Translations under genes and position numbers: made by a program
Assembly: GCA_031835245.2 (NCBI GenBank)
Contig: JAVKOQ020000096.1
Location: forward strand, 1-64,000
Source of the DNA: Balamuthia mandrillaris
Taxonomy: Eukaryota
DNA length: 64,000 nt
Reading direction: 5' to 3'
The notes under the pieces: model-generated
What the model saw: the letters and a program-made list of their open reading frames with translations, nothing else
Database searches by the model: none
Told to the model about the DNA's origin: nothing
Shown here: piece after piece, positions 26,062 to 37,346 of the stretch
Position numbering within the stretch: the first letter of the stretch is position 1
Layout of the letters: every line of letters starts with the position of its first letter

Positions 26062-26417
26062 ATGAAGGTTCGTCGCACGCTCCGCACCAAGAAACGCATC
26101 CTCATCAAAGTCGGCACCGGAGTTGTCACCGATGACGATGGACTCGTCGCACTTGGTACTCCTGCTCTTCTTCTCTCTGTTGTTCTCTCCCTCTTTTCTT
26201 TATGCTCTCATTTTTTCTAACTTAACACTGAAGGACGGATCAGCAACCTTGTGGAACAGATCTCTACGCTGAAGAAACAAGGCAAGGAAGTTATTTTGGT
26301 AACGAGCGGAGCTGTGGCCATGGGCAAGCAGAAGCTCGACCTTAGAGGTCCCAACGCTCGTAAGCTCCCTCGTGCTTGTGCTGCTGCTGGCCAGGTGCTT
26401 CCTTGCTTTGCGTTTTT

Positions 26418-26469
<52 letters not shown>

Positions 26470-28927
26470 TTAACACTTTCTTTCTCCCTCTTTACTCTCA
26501 TATTGACGCCATTATTATAACAGAGCGGCTTGATGGCACTGTATGACACTCTATTCCGGTTGAAGAACTTGACCTGTGCTCAAGTGTTGGTCACGGATAC
26601 CGACTTCATGAGCAAGCAACGCAGAGAGAACCTCCGCAACACGTTGAATGACTTGATTGCACTTGGCTCTATTCCCATCATCAATGAGAACGACGTCATC
26701 AGTACAAGAGAGGCCCCCAACATAGATGAGGAAAACGCCATCTTTTGGGACAATGACAGTTTGTCCGCGTTGATCGCTGCTGAGCTTAGCGTATGTCTCT
26801 CTTCTACCTGTTTATTCATTTGTTGCTTGCTTGGCGTCCCTTTCTTTTCTGTCATTTTCTGCTACGAGCCTTCAACTGATGCCTGGTTTGGTAACAGGCC
26901 GATTTGTTAATTTTGTTGACCGATGTTCAAGGATTATATCGGCGGCCGCTCGCCAAAACTCATTTGGCAGAGGTCATACACACCTACACTTCCAACACAA
27001 CATTCACCATCGGAGAGGCTTCTCGAGTTGGACGAGGAGGCATGCAAGCAAAGATCGATTCCTGCTTGAACGCCATTTCAAATGGCGTAAGTCTAAGCTC
27101 TCTTTTACGTTCTCTTTGATTGGTGTCCGTTTTAACTCCTGACTTTGTCTATAATTTTCTAGGTTGGTGCTGTGGTTATAGCAAGCGGCTACAGACAAAA
27201 CCCTATTCTCGAGGTAGTGAACGGAGAGAAAGTGGGAACGCTCTTCGTTAAAGACCCGCTGGGAGAGACCGATGCTGAGGAATACAGCACTACCCAAGCA
27301 GAGACTTTAGCCAACGAGGCAAGGAAGGTTTCCCAACATCTCTGTCGTCTCTCAGCTCAAGAGAGAAACGACCTTATCAAGGAAATAGCAGCTAGCATTC
27401 TCAACTTCGAGGTTGAGATACTGGAAGCAAACAAGCAAGATGTGGAGAAAGCAGAGGAGGGAGGAATGCCTCCGAAACAGATTGCTCAAATCGCGTTAAC
27501 GCCTGAAAAGCTCCGTTGTATTGCTGATGGTATGGACGAGACTCTCCTTGCTCTGCCTCTCTTTCTCCTAACACCCTTTTCATTTCAATTCCAGTCCTAA
27601 AGCAGATCACAGCTCATGAAGATCCATTGAACAAAGTATTAAAGCGGATCGAAGTAACACCAGGACTTGAGCTTCATCAAGAGACCGTTCCAATCGGAGT
27701 CATCTTTGCTATATTAGAGATGAGACCAGACGTAATTCCCCAATTGGTGGCGTTGGCCATCAAGAGTGGAAACGGGTTGTTGGTGAAAGGCGGAAAGGAG
27801 TGCCCGCGAAGCAATGAAACGCTTTACCGAATCATCTCCGAAGCAATCAACACTAGCCCCAAACCTGTATCTAGGTAAGAAAATTTTTGTTCTCTTGATG
27901 GTCTTTCTCATTTGCTTGCTGTACTCGATTCTTCTATTAAGTTTGTTATTTGTCTTTCGTTCTGACTCTCATTTCTTGACGTGTAGTGGCTTGGTTGGTC
28001 TTATAGAAACGAGGGAAGAACTGGACAACTTGCTCAAGCTTGACAGAAGTGTGGATTTGGTGATTCCATACGGCTCTGCTGACCTTGTGCAATCCATCAT
28101 CCAACATACCAAAATTCCGGTCCTTGGACATACTGAGGGCTTGTGCCACATTTATATTGACAAAGCCGTACGCCTTCCCCCTTCTCTTCTTTCTCATTTT
28201 CCCTATGCTTCTTTTGCTCTTCAACTTTTCTCGGCTCACAAACAATATTTTAGGCCAATGTTGAAAAGGCGCTTCGGGTTATCATCGATGCCAAAACAGA
28301 CTCACCCTCCGCTCCCAACACGGTGGAAACCTTGCTCCTTCACAAGGACCTTCACGAGGACGAGCGGGCGACTCTCATCCTTAAAGGCCTTCAAGACGCC
28401 GGCATCAAGCTATTCGGTGGACCCAGAGCTCGCTCCTACTATCCCGATTCGTCCATGTTGGCTCCTGCTGACTCCTTCAAGACTCAATACGGGCGCAAGG
28501 CATTGACGGTGGAGATGGTTGATAACATTCATGATGCCATCAACCATATCAACACTTACGGAGGAGGTCACACGGACGTGATTCTAACGGAGGACAAAGC
28601 GACTGCAAATTTGTTCATTCACGAAGTAAATAGCGCCTGTGTCTTTCACAATGGTAAGGCTCCTTCTTTTCCTGACTTTCCGGATCTGAACTAACTTGCC
28701 TGTTAATGATAGCGAGCACAAGGTTTGCGGATGTATCTCACTTTGGTTTAGGAACGGAAGTGGGTATCAGCACGTCCAAGATCCTGGCCAGAGGACCGGT
28801 CGGCATCGAAGGCCTGCTCAGCACCAAGTGGATCCTCACTTCGGAGGAAGGGCACACCGCCAGCGACTTCTCCACCGGCAAGCTTCGATACACTCACTCC
28901 CAGTTGCCTTTGCACGCTCGCTTGTGA
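26062..28927 (+). CDS. P5CS: Bifunctional P5CS (glutamate 5-kinase plus gamma-glutamyl-phosphate reductase domain); reductase active site divergent
   Basis: Kinase motifs IKVGT, TSGAV, NEND, FWDNDSL and GRGGM. Reductase-domain motifs [19 protein letters not shown] and RGPVG. Confidence 0.93.
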
Positions 28928-29032
28928 GTCACTCGTTCTTCACGTAGGACTACCCTCCACGAAAGTAAGCAACGTCTGCTGCATGTCTTCAAAAAAAGAA
29001 TTTTTGGGTCGACAATGCTTTCTTGCTTTTGT

Positions 29033-29103
<71 letters not shown>

Positions 29104-29198
29104 GTCTCCTCGTTGTTTTCTCATAAGGCCGAAAAAAGGGAAACACATCTTTTGGCGAAGCAAAACCTAAAAAGAAGCGAGAAAGCGAACCCGGAAGG

Positions 29199-30769
29199 AT
29201 GCAGGGAAGTAAGGTGGTCGGAGAACGTGAACCACAGGGTTCTGAACCTGTTAGCCCATCCACCATGAGTGTTAAGGAACAAGCCAGTCTCCGAAGACAA
29301 AGAAGAAGGCTAGCTTTGTTGGCAGGCTCAAACCTCTCTAGAAGTTTAACGGACGTGCGCTCGTTGCAAGAGATTTTCTCCGGAGAGAACCCCCCAGACC
29401 CATACGCGCCTCTTCCCTCCTCTTCTACTTTTTCTTTTTCTTCTTCCTCTTCCTCCATACCGTCGGCAGCAGAGGAACGGAGGACTGAAAGAGCTGCGAC
29501 CTCCACTTCTCGTTCAAGCAGAAGTGATAATAGTTCCACCAAGTCACGCCTCTCGACATCCAGTTCCACAGTGTTCATTCGCAAATCCATCGCCACAACA
29601 ACCACCGCTCCGTCCGCCAAGCCAAAGACAAGCCAAGCATCCCCCCTTAACAGAAGCAGCAGTTCCTCTTCTGTTCTCCTCCAGCAGAAACAAGAACACG
29701 CTGAAGCAGTAAAGTCAAACATCGGGCCACCTCTCCCTCACCTCACCAACAATGATGATCAACCTGAAAGGCACAAACCGGAGGAACAACGACGGCCAGG
29801 TACCGTTCGACTGTATGATAAGTTGAGTCAAGGCAGCTACATCATGCTTTTCTCTCACAAGCAAACTTCTTCACCGAGTCAAGCAAGAAGAGGAAAAGGT
29901 GCAACTATGAAGGAGGGAGGAACAGTCAAAAGTGGGGCAATAACCCCACCTTCAAAAGAAATGGTAGAGAATGGTGACGTATCCACGGATGCTTTCTACA
30001 AGGCCATCAGCGCTGGGGCTGTTGCAGCTTCGGGAGCAACGATAGGAGCTCGAGAACCAGTGTCTTATCGTCAACATTACCAACGACGGCTGCAACATGA
30101 GAATGCAGCGTTGAGCCGCTGGACAAAGCAACCCTCGGCACAGCACAGACGCTCCAGAAGTTTTTCGGACTTGAACGAATTGGTGGAGGAATGCAACAGC
30201 AGCAATATGGCCATCATCAACCGCAGCAACGTCAACATCATCACCGAAATCAAAAAGTTCAAAAGCAAGGCTAGTGGCAAAACTTCGAAGAAGGAAGGAG
30301 GTAACAGCGTTGTGAAGAAGATGATGGTTCTTCGAATAGGCAACAACAAAGAAAAACCCAGTCGGAGGCATAAACACAAAAAGTGGGATAGCAGCGGGGC
30401 CACTTTGATATCCCCTCGTAAACAAACAGTAGATAGTTCAGAATTGTTGAATAGTGCTACGCCGCAACCTTCTTTACGCCCCTCACTCGACGTAGATAGA
30501 AGAGAGTTTGCCATTTATTCCATTTCCCCTCAGTCTCCGTCTTCTTCCATAACATTGAATCGAGAGACATCGTCCCAGCTTTCCAGCAACGCTCAACGTT
30601 CCCAGGTATTTGGAGTGACGTTAGAAGAGGCAGATGCAGTCGCTTCTGCTGGCAAAGTACCACTGGTGTTGAGCTGTTTGACGGAGGCCATTTTGGTTTG
30701 CGGAGGAACAACCCAGCAAGGCCTTTTCAGGTCTGTTAAATCTATTCCTTCTTCACCCTCCATCCTCCT

Positions 30770-30805
<36 letters not shown>

Positions 30806-32037
30806 CTCTCTCTCTCGCTCTCTCTCTCTCTCCCCCCCCCCTACTGACATATCTCTTCTTTTTTTCTCGTTTGTGGCAGAATACCTGGGAATAAATCGCG
30901 GATGGATGAGTTAAAATACAGATTGAATAATAACCAGTACAATCTAGCCGATGCCAATCCTCATGACGTTGCTTCGTTGCTGAAAGAATGGCTTACCAGC
31001 CTCACTGATCGTGTTATACCGCGACTATTTTAGTAAGACTGTTCTCTATCTCCTCCATTTCCTCTCGTCACTTCAGCTTCGCTTTTCTCTTCGTCTTTCT
31101 CTACTCCCTCCCTCTCATCACACTTACATTACCTGTTTAGCCATCGTTGTTTAGATAGCATAACTCTCTCTCCAAGCGACTGCATCAAGATAGTTGAAGA
31201 ACTACCTGAACGCAACCTCAACGCCCTCAACCACATCATCCTCTTCTTACAAACCAAAATACTCCCACCTGATGTACAAAAGGTTACTCGAATGGACATA
31301 CGAAGCATTGCCACTGCATTTGGCCCTTGTTTATTGGACTTCCCAGGGCAAGATTTCCAAACCATGGTTCGGAACTTAGATAGGCAAATACGATTTACTA
31401 TCAATCTGTTGCGGCACATGAACACCACAACAGCCCTGGGAGGAGCTTCACCCTCCAATAATTCTCTTGCTTCCATACCAGTCTCTCCATATTCCGCTTC
31501 ATCTCATGCTCTTTCAGCTTCTTCTGTTTCTTCTTCTTCTTCTTCTCCTTCTTCTTCTTCTTCTTCTTCTTCTTCTTCTTCTTCTTCTTCTTCTTCTTCT
31601 TTTTCTTCCTCCTCTTTCTCTTCCTCTTCCTCTTCTTCTTCTTCTTTTTGCAGTGATGATTCTTCTTCGCCTTCTTCTTGGTCGGATAGCCAAGACAGCA
31701 TAGTTCATGCGAAGGTGGATGAAGGACAAGAGAGTGAAAAAGTGGATACAAAAAACGCACCAAGCAACAACAAAGTAAGAAATCTTTTCAGAACTTTTAT
31801 GCTATTCTTGGGGTAACTCTTTTGCGTGACGTCTTTCTAAAACAGCAGTTCAGGCCATGGCCAGATATATCACAAAGACAAGGAGACATTCGCATGAAGT
31901 TACGGGAACAACGGATCAAAAAGTTGGTGGATCAGGATGAAGAAGGCGATTCCCTCCCTGGTGGTCCTTCCACTCCTGCTGTGGCAACCAACGCAGAAGC
32001 TTCAACTACGACACTACAGCAAGAGAAGAGTGATTAA
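29199..32037 (+). CDS. RhoGAP-domain protein with a long low-complexity N-terminus
   Basis: VFGVTL, VPLVL, GLFR|IPG (arginine finger), DVASLLKEWL and IATAFGPCL. Confidence 0.85.
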
Positions 32038-32410
32038 GTTTTACGTAACAAAATGAGATGGGAAGACAAGGGCGGAGATCCTTCTTGCCGGTGTTCATTC
32101 ATTGGGCTTGTTTGCCATCAATGCACCTCTGCCACTCTATCCTTTGAGAAATACAACCAAGAGGAACCCTCCGCTTGTTTATTGGTGAGTTTCTTCCTGA
32201 GTTGTGGTTTGCTTCCATTGTGTCTGTGGTTTGTGCCAAGAGAAAACCAATGTAAAACAGACCGAAGGCTTGCTGGCAATCCATGTAAAGTCCACAAACT
32301 TTTTGGTTGTGTTTATTCCATCGGTTCATCCTGCATAAGACAAACGACCTCCATTCATCCACAACCAACCGACCAACAACAAGGCCACAAGCGAAGCACC
32401 CTTAACCGCC

Positions 32411-32677
32411 ATGAGCAGTGAACAAAAGAGCAAGTTTGACGACCTGAAAGGAACATCCGGCAACGATGATACCGGTGTGCGCGTTTACCCCACCGACGTG
32501 GAGATCGAAAAGAAGAGGGGTGAGGCAGCCCAGTCCCTGCCAGAAGACCGACGCGGACGAGAGGCCGTCTCTGGCGGCCTCTATGACATAAGAGAGATGC
32601 AGGACAAGAAGCCGGGCGAAGGCGTCCAGCAAGAGGACCGTGAAAAGAACGAGGTCCAAAGAGGAAAGACGGCTTAA
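32411..32677 (+). CDS. Small charged hydrophilic protein (88 aa)
   Basis: Intronless ORF with GC-rich third positions and a good start context (ccgccATG). Confidence 0.6.
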   Translation: MSSEQKSKFDDLKGTSGNDDTGVRVYPTDVEIEKKRGEAAQSLPEDRRGREAVSGGLYDIREMQDKKPGEGVQQEDREKNEVQRGKTA

Positions 32678-32768
32678 AAGCACTTGCAAATAAACGATAT
32701 CGTTCTCTCTATCTTTTTGGCTTGTTTCGTTAACGAAAGAGATAGGTGGACCTAATGCTTGTTGGGCT

Positions 32769-33209
32769 TTATATACGCTTGTCTTTGGGCCGTTTCCACG
32801 TTGTTTGTTGACTTGAACCATGCAACAACAACAATGCAACCAAAACGAAAGCTTCCGAGCTAAACACGAGCAACGCCACCGGCACTCCCAATACCGACAG
32901 GTCGTATTGAGGAACGTTTGCTGGGAAATAGGTTCCTTCGTAGTGGGCTCTGGTCATAGCGGCCAACAAAAAGCCAACCGGTTCTATCAACAACAGAAGA
33001 ATGGCCGCTCGAACCTGTCTCGAGGCCCACAGAAGAAACAGAGCCAAAACGGAAATGAGGGAGTTGGAGAAGAGTTGCCACACGATATGAAAGCGAGCGT
33101 GAGGTTCTATGATGGGGTTCCACACGTGAGTCTCGTTGGCTTCTGCCGCGATGTCAAAGAGCGCGATGCCGAAGGCTATCACAGTTACAATCCATCGAAC
33201 TGTCGCCAT
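32769..33209 (-). CDS. Four-TM membrane protein, DUF6640-like
   Basis: NETHVWNP..EPHARFH motif between hydrophobic helices; intronless. Confidence 0.65.
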   Translation of the reverse strand: MATVRWIVTVIAFGIALFDIAAEANETHVWNPIIEPHARFHIVWQLFSNSLISVLALFLLWASRQVRAAILLLLIEPVGFLLAAMTRAHYEGTYFPANVPQYDLSVLGVPVALLVFSSEAFVLVALLLLHGSSQQTTWKRPKDKRI

Positions 33210-33672
33210 TGCTTTGTTCTCCCTCGTTTGTTTGTTGTCCGGTAACAACTCAAATCCCAAAGTGGGAAACAGTTGTGCAAGGAAGACACGACACAACGAA
33301 AGCATGAACCCACTTTTTTATAAGAATGTTGCTCACATGTCTCATCACAATAACAGTTAGAGTAACAATAAACTTCTCTCCTATTTCTTTGCTTCCCAGC
33401 GCAGAAGAGAAATAGCCTGTTTCTACGCAAACCATGGAGCATTGGTGTAAGGAAAGCAACATTGTCATTCATGTGTTACTATAGTGGTTCGGGAGGATGT
33501 GAAAGCGGGAAGGAAAGGCAACAGGGAAGGAAGGAAGAGAGCACAAACAAGACGAAAAGCGATCGAAAAATGGTGGAAACAAATAAAACAGCACAGAGAA
33601 ATAAAACCACTCTCTCTCTCTTTTTTTTTTTTTTTTTGTTTTTGAAAGAGGGAGTCAGAACAACGCAACAAC

Positions 33673-34239
33673 ATGGCACAACGAAGAGACAGACTGGAAA
33701 CAGCAGGGGCGAATGTGGGGAGCGGTGGTGGCAAACCCAACTCACCGCTAGAACTCGCCGCCGAAAGGGACACCACAACCGGTAAGGACAGCGCTGCAGC
33801 CGGCATCTTGAAAGGAGCCCCCTCCGGCAGCACCAGTAGCCAGTTGAGGGACCTGCCGGCTAGCTCTAAACTGCGACGCCAACCGCCACAAACGGAACAA
33901 CAAAGGGAGGAAGAAGAGGCGGGTCCCTTGGCCAGCGGTCAAGAGCTGCAAGGAGATGTTGGGGAGGACATAGGAATGGAGCCACCGCTGCAAGAGAGGG
34001 AACCAATGAAGGCCTATTCTATCTCAGGTTATCATGTTGGAAGCTTTCAAGGGGGGACTAGAGGAGGAGGGGGAGAAGGGGGAGGAGGAGAAGGAGGAGG
34101 AGGATTGGGAGAAGCAAAGGAGAAAGGAGGTGAAGGGAAGGAGGGAGAAGGAAAAGGGTACCATCCTCTGCGAGGCGAAGTGCTTCGCGGCAGCAGAACC
34201 TCAAGAGACTTCAGAGTTGGAGCTGGGGAAGAGCAGTAA
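33673..34239 (+). CDS. Gly/Glu-rich disordered orphan protein (188 aa)
   Basis: Intronless ORF after a CAA-rich leader; no recognisable domain. Confidence 0.55.
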   Translation: MAQRRDRLETAGANVGSGGGKPNSPLELAAERDTTTGKDSAAAGILKGAPSGSTSSQLRDLPASSKLRRQPPQTEQQREEEEAGPLASGQELQGDVGEDIGMEPPLQEREPMKAYSISGYHVGSFQGGTRGGGGEGGGGEGGGGLGEAKEKGGEGKEGEGKGYHPLRGEVLRGSRTSRDFRVGAGEEQ

Positions 34240-34316
34240 AAAAAAAAGATGTAAATAAAAGAAAAATCTAAAAAAAAGGTGCCGTTAAATATTGCTTTGG
34301 TGGTGCAGAGAGAAAG

Positions 34317-34997
34317 TCAGCTGCATTCTTCTTGCTCCTGCTCCTCCTCTGGAGGTGCTTCTTCTTCTTCCTCTGCCAACAGATCTTGTCGTTGTTTCTC
34401 TCTAATAAGACCTTCCTCGTCCGCTTCCTCATCGCTCCACTCATCAAAGCCCGTGAGCAAAGGGTCTCCTTCAATCACGGGTTGAAGGTACCTGTTTTTT
34501 TAAAGTTTGCGAGTCAGAAAAGAGAGAAAAAGCCTAGGCAGAGAGGAAACTCAAACGTACTTGGGATCTTTCCAAACAGCATCGTCGTCCCGACGAAGCT
34601 CCACCCGCCGCTGCTCGTCCAGTTGCATGGAAAGGGCTTGGTAGGGTGGCTCAAAGGCGCACCGGCACTCCGGGAAGGCCCAGGTGCCCACCTGGGACCG
34701 CACGTAGTTGAACAGCCGCATGCTCTGGAAAAAGTCCAACTCCCACACCTTTTTCAACAGCTCAAAGTCAAAGCCGTGCGTCTCTTTGTCGTGCTGGAGG
34801 GCGGCGGCGGCGTTGGGCAGCAGCCGGTCGGAGAAGAGGGACTTGGTCTCCTGGGGCAGCTGGTCGTCCCAGTCGTCCCAGTTCTCGTCCTCGTCCACTT
34901 CCTCCGCCTCGGATAGGCTCAACCCAAAGTCCAGGTCCACCTCCGAGTCCGAGTCGGACCACCATTCTGGTCTTTGCGGGGTACCGCTACGTTTCAT
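34317..34997 (-). CDS. Stand-alone PRMT3 N-terminal (C2H2-like) domain protein, 2 exons
   Basis: WDDW...KSLFSD...HDKETHGFDF...LDFFQSMRLFNYVRSQV...W.DPK|YLQPVIEGDPLL matches the PRMT3 N-domain pattern. TGA at 34317-34319. Confidence 0.7.
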
Positions 34998-35445
34998 CTT
35001 TTCTTCTTCTTTCCTTCTTTTCTTCTTCTTTTCTTCTTCTTTTTTTTGAATTATTTTTAAATGGGACGGCTGTTCGAATCCCGATGCAAACACTTTAATT
35101 TTATCGAAGTCCTGTTCGAATCTCGGGGCATACGTTTTGTTTTTTCAAAAAAGCCTGTGCTCGAGGGTCAGGGCAGTTTTTTTAATCTTTTTCGTTTTGT
35201 CCCTTTTTTTTCTCATCTGAAAGAAAACAAGAAAGCAGAAGAAAGGGGAGAGGGGCACTCTGTACATTTTTTTTTTTGCTCCAATCTTCTTCCTCCTCCT
35301 GTATATTTTATTTTATTTTTTATTTTGATTTAAATCAAAGGTCTCGCCTCCTGGATTGTTTTTTTTTTTTTTTTTGGGTACGTTACTTTTTTTTTCGACG
35401 GACAATTCGTGAAGAGGGATTTTTATTTTTTAAGTGTCTTCCCAA

Positions 35446-35527
35446 CGATTAAACAACGCTGTGCACCACTCATACTCGCTGCGCAATTATTTTGCTCAGC
35501 CTGCTGAGAGCAAAGCGACACCCATTT
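35446..35527 (+). ncRNA. Candidate structured RNA motif, copy 1 (snoRNA-like or cis-regulatory)
   Basis: CGCTGTGCACCACTCATA...TGCTGAGAGCAAAGCG ACACCC is shared with copy 2 and folds by eye into a hairpin. Confidence 0.45.
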
Positions 35528-35790
35528 AATGAATGAGGGATTTATTTATATCGACACTGCCCCTTTGTGTTTATTTCATCTTCTCCTCTTTTTCTTTTAC
35601 TTCCTTATTTTTTTCTCACACTGCGCTTGCAATCCAGTGAACATCGGAAACATTGCCAACAAAAAAAAAAACAGTGAACATCGGAGTTAGTTTATGAGGC
35701 CGTGTAAATTATAAGTGCGTCAATCTTCTCTTTTCGGTTGCGCTTTTTTCTCTTTTATTTTTTTTTTGTTTGTGTTTTTTTCTGTTTTCG

Positions 35791-35888
35791 ATGATTAGAT
35801 CTCGCTGTGCACCACTCATAGCTTTGTTGAACAATAATTTATTTTATTGTTTCAACGTTATGCTGAGAGCAAAGCGTTACACCCATTT
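35791..35888 (+). ncRNA. Candidate structured RNA motif, copy 2
   Basis: Same conserved blocks as copy 1 around a different inner stem; ATGATTA...CTGA are C/D-like boxes. Confidence 0.5.
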
Positions 35889-36003
35889 AAAAATGAGAAT
35901 TTTTTTCTCTTTTCTGTTTTTTTTTTCTTTTCTTTGGTCCTTCGATTTGCAACTCACGTTTTCTTTGTTGCAGCTGTAAACATATTTTGTAAAAATCAAC
36001 GAA

Positions 36004-36624
36004 ATGTGCCGATTCTTAGTGTACATAGGCAAAGAGCCTATCCTGATGGCCGACCTCATGACACGGCCAAAGCACTCCATCATCCAACAAAGCTGGGATA
36101 GCAAGGAGATTCTCACCTCGGGTCCCTTGAATGGTGATGGGTTTGGCATCGGGTGGTATGCCGTGTTCGATCCCACTGCTTGTATTTTTACCTGCATCAA
36201 CCCGGCCTGGAACAACCTCAATCTGAGGAGGTTGGCCGAGAAGATTAAGTCTCCCCTTATTTTCGCTCACGTGAGAGCTGCTTCCCCTGGTTTTTATTCT
36301 TTCTCCTCTTTAATTTCTTTCTTCTGTCATTCTTTTGTCTTGCCTCTTTTTTTTCTGCAATTGCTCACTCTTTTCTGCTGTAGGATTGTTGATCAACGAG
36401 GCGAATTGTCATCCGTTCCAATTCGGTCGGTTCATGTGGATGCACAACGGCTGCGTTGGCGGCTTCAAGAAGATCAAGAAACAGATCATCGACCGGCTCT
36501 CCGAGAACCTGTTCAACCACATCCAGGGCACCACCGATTCGGAGTACAGTTTTATGCTTTTCCTCTCCATCCTCTTTGGCAAAGAAGCTGAAGAAGGAAG
36601 CCATACTGAATCTACTCTCGGTAT

Positions 36625-36661
<37 letters not shown>

Positions 36662-37255
36662 AGAAAAGGAAGACATAGGATGGCAAAATTTGAAATTACT
36701 CCTGATGTTATTCTCTGATTACAACAATTCGCTGATGTCTTCCTTCATCTCTTTGGGCTGCTTTTCAATCTTTATGCTTCGTTTCCTCTTTATCTATTTC
36801 TTCTATGTTCTCCACGTCTTTCTCTGCCCTCTTTTGTTCTTACAAATATTATTATTGTAGGAATGACAAGCTTCAAAGCAGAAACTCTCAGAGAAACTAT
36901 GATTGAAACCATTCACACATTGATCCGATGGAAGCGCGAAAAAGGCGTTGAAGAGCGTTCCTTCCTCAACTTTGCCATTTCCGATGGAAAGAACGTCATT
37001 GTCACGCGCTTCATCGATCCTGAAAGTTCTCAACCAGCCTCTCTCTATTATGCCTCTGGCACTCGTTACGAAGGCAACAACGGAGAGTATCACATGATTC
37101 AAGCAAGAAGGCAACAGTGTTATATCGTGGCAAGCGAGCCCCTCACCAGAGAAGGGGAGGACAAGAAGGACTGGATACCTGTCCCAAAGAACCATGTGAT
37201 CACCATCACTGATCACTTTAACCTGCTTCTCCATCCTATCCCTCCCCTTGAATAA
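36004..37255 (+). CDS. DUG3: Class II (Ntn) glutamine amidotransferase, Dug3/EgtC-like, 3 coding exons
   Basis: N-terminal MCRF, NGDGFGIGWY, PAWNN, FAHVRAAS, NCHPF, HNG, GTTDSE and VASEPLT. Confidence 0.9.
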
Positions 37256-37346
37256 AATCAACAAGAGTAGAAGAAAGCACTTTTTTTTGTTCAATCCCTT
37301 TTTTCTTTTTGTTACTTACAAGAAAGGAGCAAAACAACTTTATGAT

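Noticed and set aside
31020..31040. Apparent premature TAG in the RhoGAP domain
   Set aside because: It overlaps a splice donor (TA|GTAAGA); splicing to TAG|C restores Tyr and the frame.
35040..35135. tRNA genes at GTTCGAATC
   Set aside because: No T-stem pairing, D-arm or acceptor stem.
35457..35890. TPP riboswitch (CTGAGA...ACCC resemblance)
   Set aside because: The upstream GGG of P2 and the downstream ACCTGA...TAAT...GCG..GG core are absent.
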